A stretch of DNA of 64,000 nt, taken from assembly GCA_904063045.1 (NCBI GenBank), contig CAJFCJ010000023.1, positions 62,001 to 126,000 of the forward strand. Reading direction: 5' to 3'. The notes under the pieces were generated by a model, which searched no databases, was not told where the DNA came from, and was given only the letters and a program-made list of their open reading frames with translations. Every line of letters begins with the position of its first letter. Position 1 is the stretch's first letter. This document shows positions 34,401-46,400 of this stretch, one piece after another. Both the position numbers and the translations under genes were made by a program. The stretch comes from Dimorphilus gyrociliatus. Its lineage: Eukaryota > Animalia > Annelida.

Positions 34401-37400
34401 TCAACTCGAAGAAGGCGTGATAATTCAACACGAAAGACCCTCTGAAAGTGATATTGAAAAAGTCTATGAGACTAAAACAGTTTATGATAAAACTCAAACT
34501 CAAACAATTCTCCAAAAATCTCAAATTGATACTGAAGATTTTCAAGATGCTGTCGATGTGCCTCTAGAAGAAACGGAAGAAAGGTCTGTATCTCCAGTTC
34601 AAATGTCGATACCAGAGAAGAAAGGACAGTCAGAAACTCTCACCGTAGTATCTAAAGAAGAACTTGTTACGGATACCTTCGTTGAAGGCATTCAGGTAGA
34701 AGAGCAGAGAACTACTGAGAGAGAGATTTCTCCAACTACTTTGACAAAGCATGGACTAGAGGAGAAGAGACCTACTAGAACAGAAGTAGTTGAAGAAAAT
34801 GTAGATGAAGATGAGTTCCACGATGCGGTTGAAATTCAACCGGAACAGCCTACAAAGAAAGATATTGAAATTGATTTAGATGTTTCTGAAATCAAGGATA
34901 AGCCTGTTACTCAGACAGAAATTAAGAAAGAGGTTCAAGAAATTGACGAATTCAGAGAAACGGCCGACTTAGAACACGACAAAATGCAAGAAGATGTTGT
35001 AACTGCTATTGATTTACAGAAAACAGTAGTGGAGGGCAAAAAAATGACTCAAACAGCAATCCTTCAACAAAATCTGCGGGAGGATACCTTTGAAGAAGGC
35101 ATTCAAGTCGTACCTGAGCAACCCACAGAAGAAGAAACGAAATTGAAACTAGAGCAACCAGAAATAGAACATGAAAAAGAAAGCAGGATTTTACCTGTCG
35201 AAGAAAAAACTATAACTGATTCTTTCACTGATGTAGAAGAAGTTCCAACAGAGGGGGCCTCCGAACAACAGATATCTGTTGAACTCGAAAAATCTGAAGT
35301 TACTAAAACCATAGAAACTAAAACTGAAGCAGTTTCGGAAAACGTTACTGTTGAACTCTACGAAGACCACACAGATTTAGTTCCTGAAAAATCAACAGAA
35401 GATGAAATTAAGCTTGAACTTTCTGTTAGCGAACTGAATGTTAAACGAGAGACCAGAGTCGGAACTCAAGAGGAAAAACTCCAAACAGAAGAACTTCAAG
35501 AAGGAGTAGAAGTTACTCCAGAAAAGACAACAGAAGATCAAATTGATATTGAATATTCAACTACCCAGGATATTCCTAAGCAAGAAACTTTAGTGCAAGT
35601 AGTTAAAGAAGAACAAAAATCAGATACAATAGAAATTACTGATGAAGTTCCTCAGGAACAAACTCAACAAGATGAAATAATTGTCGAATTGGATACATCT
35701 GAAAAACAACCGAAATTGGAAACTCTTGTTCAGTCTGTAAAAGAAGAACTACGACCTGATACAATTGATGAAACAGCTGAAATATCTCAAGATATTTCTA
35801 AAGAGGAAGAAGTTGTACTGGAATTATCTGATTCGAGTAAGAGAGAAAAGGAGGAAAGTCTTGTTGTAGTTCAGAAAGAAATTACAAATCCTGATGTTAT
35901 ACAGGAGACTGTTGATATTTCTGAAGAAAAAATGAATGAAGATGAAATTATCGACAATTTTGTTAAATCTGAACTTGAGCAGAAAAAAGTGTCTCGAGTT
36001 TTGAAAACTGAAGAACATCATCCAGAACAATCAATTGAAGAGACTATGGAAGAAGCTTCTGAGCAGACAACTCCTCAAGAAATTAAAGTGGAATTGTCTG
36101 AAACCGAAGCAAAAACGAAATTAGAAGTTATGGTATCTCAGCAGAAAGAGAACTTCCCTGCAGACACTATTCAAGAACACGGACAGATTGAAACTGAAGA
36201 AACGTCAGTTGATGTCATTCCGAAATCTGAAATGGAAGATAAATCATCTGATAAACCAACATTAATGTCCGGGACTATGAAAACAACAATGGTTTTGCAA
36301 GCTTATGAGTCTACCGAAGATCTTGCAGCTGAGCAAACCAAAGAGCAAGATGTAGTTGTTAGATTGTCAACAACGGAGGAGGTTAGAGAAACTGAGCACA
36401 GCCGAACTCTTGTACAAAAAACTGAAGAACAAGAGCTAGAAACTGGAAATATTAATGAAACAAACACAGATATAACAAGTGAAAGTCAAATACCAGTCGA
36501 AACTGTTACTGCAGATACATCGCATAAGGAAACCAGTAGAAGTATCCAACAGAACGAGAGCTTACCAATCGAAGAGCTTAGTAGTATTAATGAAGAACAG
36601 TTTGATGAGACAACAGAAGAGCAAATAATAGTTAACCTAAGCAAACATAAATCTGACATTTTGCCTAGCCAAGTTGCTCCTGTCGTCGAACAAATAGCGA
36701 CAGAGAAAGAGGATGAAATTACCAGAGATGTGTCTGTTGAAAAGACTAAAGAGGAAGAAATTAAGGTAAACTTGGAGCAACATGAAATAAAGCAAAAAGA
36801 AATTTCCCTTACTGCAATGCTGGAAAAAGAACAAACTGTAGGTGAAGTTGATAAATTGTCAGATACAGTTGACGAAGAGAGACCAGTGGAAGAAGAAATT
36901 ACGGTCGACCTAGAAGCAGCGGGAGTTAGAGATAAAGAAAGAGCACTCACCAGCATGGTTGAGGAGAGACACTCGGAAGAAGAAACCGAAGTAACAAAAG
37001 AAGATTTGAAGGAACCTGGTGCAAATGAAGAAGAAATTCAAGTCATACTGGATACATCAGAAATTAAAGCAAAACCAGAGACTTTAACTAGGCAGCTTGA
37101 AGAAAGATTATCTCCTGAGGGGATTGAATCCGTTGTGGAGGAGCCCAAAGAGACTTCAGATATTTTTGACGTTAAAGTCGACTTATCAGCAGTGGACGAG
37201 AAAGTTAGAGCTCAGACTAGGGTCGGAACCGTTGAAGAAAGCATTAAAGTTGACGTAAGAACTTTATAGAAGTATTTTTTAAATAGTTTTAATTTTAATT
37301 CGCTTTCACAAAGATTTCCGAAGAACTTAATTTGAAGGAAATCAATCGGGAACAACCTGAGGGTACAGATGTTCCCAAAGAAACAGATTTAGCAACGAAA

Positions 37401-40400
37401 AGTTCACCAAATCCAACTTTGACAAAGGAACTTTTGTCAAATCTAACTATCGATGCTACAGCAGCTGGTCCTGAAGAATACGACGAAGAAGTATCCAGAA
37501 TAAATGAAATTCCCAAAGAAACTGTTACAGCAGATTCTTACTTACCTCAACATTCTCGTGTTGATCAAGTTCATGAAGGAGAACTACCTCAACAGGCAGC
37601 TCAGGAATTCTCAGACGCGCTAAAAGAAGTTAGAATGATCCCCGGAATTCATCTACCTGATTTTGAACCATCTGTCGTTGAAAGATACAGGTTTGAAGTT
37701 TGTTGTAGCTCTCTTAACTTAAATGAAATCGAATGTACTGATTGTAAGAAACATAAGGCAAGGTGCCACTGTAGAAGGAAAAATCCTAGATTTATGACTT
37801 TATAGACATTTTCTTACAAACAGTATTATGTTGTTTTGTTTTAACTGCTTAATTTATTTTCAATGAAAGCAAACTAACACATCTCCAGATTAGGAGAGAA
37901 ATTTAAAAGAGAAGATATATAATATTCCTTTTCCAATAGTATTTAAATTTATTAATTAAAATCTACTTTAAGCTTAACTTTATTATTAATATCATATTAA
38001 AAAATCTTAATCTTCTTCATCTCCAGTCTGGAGGTGTGATTTTCAAGCTTTTTTATTTTTTTTTTGGCTTATAACTTTCTTGACAATAAAGTTTTTTAGA
38101 TTTTTATTCTTTTTTTTTCTTGTTTGTTTTCTCATCAAATAATTTCTCTTTTAATTTTCATATTCTTTGTATTGTTATTTAAGACTTGAAACTCTTTTTA
38201 TCTAACAATAATATTAACTTTTTAATATTTTATTAATAGTAATTTGTGTATTAATCTCATCGACATAATCTTCTTCCGGTACTTTTATCATTGCCTCTTC
38301 AAACTCTTTCTTAACAAACTTCTCTCAAATTCACAAACTTATTTTATCTTATTTTTACAATATATAATATATGAAAACGAAGCTGGGTTTTTTTTTCTTT
38401 TAGATTTTTGTTGCAAAATTTTTGTTTTTCTTCCAATCAGATTTGAAACTAGAGTTAAATCTCGAAGTCCAAGTCAAGACTCGGAAGTAATTAGTGAAAC
38501 AGGTGAATCGAAAACCGCTATTAAAGAAACTGTAATTGAAACTTCTACAAAGAAAGTTGAAATTGTTGAAAAAGTAACTGAAGAAGTTGCAATGAAAATT
38601 AACCAGGATGAATCAAGAGCACCAACTGTTGAGTGCAATCTGCACGATATAACAGTTTCTGACGGTATGTATTTAAGATCGCTTTTCTAGTAAAGTTACA
38701 TTCTTTTACATCAATTTATAGGTGAAAAAGTTATATTTGAATGCGTTGTGAACGGAAATCCTGTTCCAGAGATAACTTGGTTTGTTGAAAATCAAGAAAT
38801 TAAACCGTCTATGGATTTTATTATTGCCTACGAAAGAGTAAATAGTCTAACCTACTAACTATTTTGTCGAGGTCTTATCAATATATTGCATTCTTTAGGG
38901 TATTGCTACACTGAAAATTATAGATGTTCTTACTGAAGACGAAGGAGAATATACTATTAGAGCTAAAAACTCTGTAGGTGAAGCTAGTAGTTCCGCATAC
39001 CTAACAGTTCTACGTAAGAAATATAATAGTTCTTCTTTTCGAAAGCTAAATTCATATTTCAACAGCACCATCAAATTCTGAATCGGAACCCGAGTCACCT
39101 CTCTACAAAACTGAAGTTACAAAAACCCTTAAAGCTGAAAACGTCGAAGAAGAAAGTTCTAAAGTAGAACTTGATCTATCAATCCGAAAACGTACAAGAA
39201 GGCATAGCCAAGAGCCTACTGCTCCCAAATTTATCACTAAGTTGGATAACAAAGAAATTTTTGAGAGTTTACCAATTACACTTATTTGCGAAGTGAACGC
39301 AAATCCGGAGGCAGAAATACAATGGTTTAAGAATGAAGTTTTAATTGAATGCAATGAACGCTATCTTATTGAATCTGATGGTGGTTTATGCGTATTAAGA
39401 ATTGAAAGATGCGATTTAGACGATGAAGGAGAATATAAGTGTGTGGCGAAGAATGAATTAGGTTCAGATAATACTTATTGCGAATTACTCGTGGAAAGTA
39501 AGTCAAACTTTTTTTCTTATTTAACATTTGCTATATCTATTTTCCCCTTTATCTTAAAAAAGCTTAGGCCTCTAATATTAGCTTTCTAAACTTAATTTCA
39601 AATTAAAAAAATATCGTATTGAAGTCCCTTATGTTCAGAAAAAGTATATTTCTGAAAGAACAAGCAAGCTGATTATTAGCCAACTGTATTAAAATTTCCT
39701 CCTCAGAAAGATTATTATTAAAAAAATGGGAAATTTTACAGAATTAATTCATCCCGATGAGCAAATATTAATCGAAGAAAATTACGATATCGAAGTAGAA
39801 ATCGATTTCAAATGGAACGCCAATTCGGCTGTTCGAAAAGCGTTTTTACAAACAATTTAACACGATTTGAACGTGTCTTCTGCAGTTTATCGATTTCGTT
39901 TTAATACGCTGCAATTATCAGCAACTTTTTATCAGTTTCTGTTTGATTTTATTTTCCATGACTTTTTTGAAGGTTTCTTCTGATCCAAAGTAGTTTATTA
40001 TTCATAAATATATTACAAATATAGAAAAATAGAAAAGCAAATCGGGCAATTAGACTTAGTATTTCCTATGCACAAATATGATTCTTTTTGCACTACTTTA
40101 CATATCATTTATTTTTAAAATGTGAATCATTTCGCAGTTGAGCATTTTTTTTTTCAATTTCTTTTCTTTTCTTTATATTCAGAGAAATTTTTCTTATTTC
40201 TTTATTTGAAAAAGGAAAAATATATTTAAGAATAAAATTAAGAAAGAAAAAATAACAAAATCTAGAGTTTTAGACGTGCGAACTGATACTGATTCTCATT
40301 TCCTCACTCTCAGCTTTTTACACTTTCAATTACCAATAATTATGAAATCTTTCATGCTTTTTTGTGTTTCATATAAATCTCTTTTCCTCTTTTTATTCCT

Positions 40401-43400
40401 CCTTTTCCCATATTTTTACGTTTGGCAGGTTTCACCTCATGTTGACCCTTATATTTTTACTCTTTTTTACATCTCTGTAAAGAGTGAGGAATTTACTTAT
40501 TGTATATATACACTTATATACATATACATTTTTGGTCAATTTTTCAATACAATTCTTACAAACAAAAAAATTTAATTGAATTTTTTTCACCGATAATTTT
40601 TTACTAGAATTTGAGAAACCTGCCACAGATAGATTTCCTCTTTTTTTCATTCTCTTTATTACTTAATCTTTTAATTTTTATAGATTTTTTAATTTTTTCG
40701 CAATTTTTTGATTTTATTTTCTAACTTTTCATCTTTTCTTTTTAGTTTTATTTATGGTTTTGCATTTTCTTTCTGTCATATTTATTATCAATTTAGTGTA
40801 TGGTATACAGTATATATACAGTATATACAGTATACTCTATACCTTTGCATACCTTTAGGTTATTTATTTTCTTTTTTATCAAAGTTATTTATAGTTTCTT
40901 TTATTGTTTCAGATTCCCTTTTTACCTGCATGACAAAATTATAACTACCCGAATAATTTTTGGATATAATCTATTCATTTTTAAGTTTATTTTTCTTATT
41001 CTTAGATATTTTATCTGAATTTATTAAATCTATATTTAAACCTTATTAATATGCTAGTACTGTGTGCTTGAGAATTTTGTATGAAAGAAAAAAAAGAATT
41101 TTTCATTATTATGGAAAGATTTCATAATTTCAACTACAACAACAAAAAAAAAGAGAATTTTCAAAACGAGACAAACTTTCCATGAAATATTTTTCATTTT
41201 GATTTATCAAATATTTTCAATCTTTTAGGAGAACTTGAAGAAAAGGAAGAGAAAAGATCAGAAGGTATTTCTTTACTTTAACTATTTCTTTCTATAAACT
41301 TTTCTACTTTAAATCTCTCTATTCAATTAAAGAAAGTATATCTTAGGTTTTCTATTCTCCTATTTCAAAATTTTTTGTATTGTATTCTTAAAAGTTGTTT
41401 GAGCACTCTTTCTTAAATTAACTATTTTAACTTTCTATGATATTCTTCATGTAAATTTAATTTATCTATACAAAACCAACAATTCATTTAGCTTCATTAA
41501 CTAAATCTAACGAGAGTGATAAGAAACCAAAAATCATAAAGAGTTTAAGAAATACGGAATGCAGAATTGGAGAATCAGTAGCCTTAAAGCTTAGAGTACT
41601 CTCGAAATATCCAACTCAAGTAAAATGGTATCTTGATAATGACTTATTGCATGCCGATGAGGACTTTAACTACAAATTATTAGAAGATAAAAAAGGTTCT
41701 TTTATTCTGAGATATAAGCACGTTGAAAAGTGCGATCTAGGTTTATATAAGGTAATTAATTAATATTAAGTTGAAAAAGAAATTTTTCACTTATTACTTA
41801 CATTTTAATTAATAACAAATATTTAAATTAAAACCTCCAAATTCATTAAAAAGGCTGTAGTGAAAAACAAATACGGATTTGTTGAGAGTACAGGATATTT
41901 GAAACAAAAAGGTTTGATCAAGCTTCATATGATCATTGCAATCTGATACTAATCCCTTAGTAGACTTATGATTAGCTTATTTGCGTAAAAATTTCCAGAA
42001 TATGTAGCTGGTTATGGGCTATTACCTGATGATGCTTATCTAGGATTAGAAACTATTGAGGAGCGGGTCGCTGTTAGCGCTTTAAAGCCTGAAACAGAGA
42101 AAAAACCTATTGAACAAATAGAAACAAAACTAGAGGATATCGCATCTAAACAGCCCAGCACATCACAAATTCTGTTAGATGCTCAAGAGGGCAAGGATCA
42201 GGAAAGAAGCCATTCTGATGAACAAAAACTTAAATTATCATCAGAAAAACACGGAAGTGTTACGATAGAATCAGAAGCTTTCCTTCGTGGAAGTGAGGCT
42301 GACAATCTTGTCACTCAAACTAGTAGTTCAAAGACAATAAAAATGTTTGTTAAAGATCAAAACATGGAAATGAACCTCGAAGGAGCAGATACCTCTGAGA
42401 GTGTTACTGAATTTGTTTCCACAGCCGAGTCCTACCAGGAGAGTCAAATGACTGAAGCCGAAAGGGCAAATAAAAAACTTATTCATGCACACCCAGAAAC
42501 ATCTGAAGTTGATGTAGAGAGTATAGAAGAAACAAAAATTGATGCACCTCTTTCAGAAGCTGAAAAAGGTGAACAACCTCAACTTGATGTAGGATCTTCT
42601 AAACGTATAACTGTTACAATGAAAACTATTACACAAAAGTATGAACTTAGTATTGATGATACTAAAGATATGTCCCCCGAGAAGGAGAGTGATAAACCAG
42701 AAATCGGCGAAATTCAAACGGATTTGGAAAAAACTGTTAAAAAAGTTACAGAATCTCAAGCCGGAATTGAAAAAGCAGAACTATTACTTGACACAACAGA
42801 AAAAGATATAGAAATTCCTGCTAAAGACACCTTAGTTCAAACATTTGATAATCAAGATATAACGCTTGAACTAGGCGAGCAAACAGCATCAACATTAATA
42901 AGTGAAGATATTCAAACTCAAACGAGAAAGTCTCAGGTTGTACCACAAGAGCAATCTATGTCCGATATTCAAATTACCGGTGTAATTGAAGGCATAACTG
43001 AAGGCACATCTGAACCTTGGAAGTATAGCACTATTGAAAAAGATGCTCCTCTTGTTGAACAAACTGCTGCCCAAGGAAAATTAGTCTCTTCCAAATTAGC
43101 AGATGTCCAAATAGCATTTTCAACGGAAGTTGCACACCCATCTTTGAAGCAAACATCTTTGGTAGCAGAGCAGATTGCCAGTGTATCTTCAGAAACAAAT
43201 GAAGGCGAGTTAACAGAAAGAAGTGAAGACAAAGCAGTTGTTGAGTCTATAGAAACAACTTTCACCACTGATCGTTTAATTAAAGATAAAGAGCAATCAT
43301 TAATTGAGATTCAGCAAACCAAATTATCTCAAGAATCATATGAACAAGGCGTTCACGTATACGAAGAGGAACCAGATATTACAGACGTTGAAGTAGCTAC

Positions 43401-46400
43401 ACTAACAGCTGCTTCGCAAGACAAAAAATTGACAAAATCAGATGAAATATCTGAAGAAGTACAAGTTGAATTAACGGACAAACAAAAATCCCTTCCTGAA
43501 AGTGAAGTTGTTAAATCAACAGATACAGATAAAGAAAAACTGGAAGCAGTCAGTATCGTACCCAAAGAAGAAACCAAAGTTCTATCTAAAAAAAGTGAGG
43601 TTGTCGTAGAAACTATATCAAAATCCGATTCGATAGAACTTTCTGAAGTAGCCCAAGAAGAAGTTATTGAATCAGAAGTTACAGAAGCTAAAATTGCAAC
43701 GAAAAGGCCTACAAAGGCTGCAGAACAAATATCTGATATCAATCTAGAGATAACAGACAAAAGTAAATCTCTAGAATCTACAGACGAAGCTAATCAAATT
43801 GTAGTCTCAAGCGAAACAACAAATGTTAAAATAGAAAAACCAAAGCCCACGCAAGCAGAAACAACTTTTGAGCAACAAAAAATAGAGAATACGGATAAAA
43901 GTGCTTCAATTGAAGTAACTGAACAAGCAGTTGAATCCAGCGAAGATGCTCAAGTTATTCAAAAACAATCCAGTCAAATTACAGAAACTAATATTTCTTT
44001 AATTAAGACTGAGATGAATATTGAATCAACCGATGCAGAATTACAAGCTAAACCGTCCGAAAGAGCAGATGAAAGCGAAATCACTTTAGATATTGGTCAA
44101 GCAAAATCTGACACGCCAGTAGAAACATCAACTGCGACTCTTCAAACAAAGATAATTACAGAATCGACATCTGTCGAACCCGAAATGAAACCAACAGAAA
44201 CTGCTGAGCAAAGTGAAATCACGTTAGAAATTGCTCAAGCTAAAACTGATAAAAAAATTGAGACAACCACAGCTACACTGGTCACAAAAATGATGACAGA
44301 GTCAACTGATGCTGAAATGGTTATTAAGCCATCAGAAACTGCCGAACAAAGTGAGATTACAATTGACATTGCAGAGGCTAAAGCAGATAAACCAATCGAA
44401 ACAACCACTGGAACATTTGTTACCGAATTAAAAACGGAATCTACTGATACTGAAATGGTCATTAAACCATCCGAAACAGCCGAACAATCTGAGACAACTG
44501 TAGATATCTCAACAGCCCAAACAGATAAACCTATTGAAACAACCACTGGAACATTTGTAACAGAATTGAAAACTGAATCTACTGATACTGAAATGGTTAT
44601 TAAGCCATCAGAAACTGCCGAACAAAGTGAGATTACAATTGATATTGCAGAGGCTAAAGCAGATAAACCAGTAGAAACAACCACTGGAACATTTGTAACT
44701 GAATTGAAAACTGAATCTACTGAAGCTGAAATGGTTATTAAACCATCCGAAACAGCCGAACAATCTGAAACAACTGTAAATATTTCTACAGCTCAGACAG
44801 ATAAACCAGTAGAAACAACCACTGGAACATTTGTAACAGAATTGAAAACTGAATCTACTGATACTGAAATGGTCATTAAACCATCCGAAACAGCCGAACA
44901 ATCTGAAACAACTGTAGATATTTCTACAGCTCAGACAGATAAACCAGTGGAAACAACCACTGGAACATTTGTCACTGAATTGAAAACTGAATCTACTGAA
45001 GCTGAAATGGTTATTAAACCGTCAGAAACAGCTGAACAAAGTGAGATTATGATGGAAATCGGTAAAGTTAAAACTGATAAGAAAATTGAGACGTCAACTG
45101 CAACGCTTGTTACTAAACTGACAACAGAATCAACTGACACTGAGCTACAAGCCAAACCTACAGAACAAGCGGAACAAACGGAAATTATTCTTGATATAGG
45201 TGAAGCAAAATCTGATAAACCAGTTGAGGCATCTACTGCTTTGTTAGTAACTAAGATAACAACAGAATCAACCGATTCGGAACTGCAGACTAAACCCTCA
45301 GAAAAAGCTGAGCAAAGCGAAATAATAGTAGAAGTTGACAAGGCCATAGCTGATCAGAAAATTGAAACCTCAACAGCTACTTTAATAGGCAAAATGATAA
45401 CAGAATCAGCTGATTCAGAAATTCTGATAAAATCTTCGGAAATAGCTGAAGAGTCTAATGTCGTAGTTGAGACTGCAAAATCTCATTCAGATAAACCAGT
45501 TGAAACGACAACGGCCACTCTTATATCAGATTTAAAAACGGAATCAACCGATGCAGATTTACAAAAAAATCCGTCAGAGATAGCTGAACAAAGCGAAATC
45601 ACACTTAACATTGCAAAAGCTAGATCCGACAAACCGGTTGAGACAACGACCGGAACATTTATCACAGAAATGAGAACCGAATCCACTGAAGCTGAAATGA
45701 CTATTACGTCATCAGAAACTGCTGAAGAAAGTGAAATTACTTTGGACATTGGTAAAGCTAAAACCGATAAGAAAATTGAGACAACCACAGCTACGCTTGT
45801 CACAAAAATGTCCACAGAATCTACTGACACAGAAATGGTTATTAAACCGTCGGAAACAGCGGAACAATCTGAAACAACTGTAGATATTTCTACAGCTCAG
45901 ACAGATAAACCAGTAGAAACAACCACTGGAACATTTGTCACTGAATTGAAAACTGAATCTACTGAAGCTGAAATGGTTATTAAACCATCCGAAACAGCCG
46001 AACAATCTGAAACAACTGTAGATATTTCTACAGCTCAGACAGATAAACCAGTAGAAACAACCACTGGAACATTTGTAACAGAATTGAAAACTGAATCTAC
46101 TGATACTGAAATGGTTATTAAACCATCCGAAACAGCCGAACAATCTGAGACAACTGTAGATATCTCAACAGCCCAAACAGATAAACCTATTGAAACAACC
46201 ACTGGAACATTTGTCACTGAATTGAAAACTGAATCTACTGAAGCTGAAATGGTTATTAAACCATCTGAAACAGCCGAACAATCTGAAACAACTGTAGATA
46301 TTTCTACAGCTCAGACAGATAAACCAGTGGAAACAACCACTGGAACATTTGTCACTGAATTGAAAACTGAATCTACTGATACTGAAATGATTATTAAACC

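Noticed and set aside
40276-41018. F/I/L/Y-rich ORFs resembling membrane peptides
   Set aside because: They are products of T-rich low-complexity UTR or intron sequence, with no splice or phase support.
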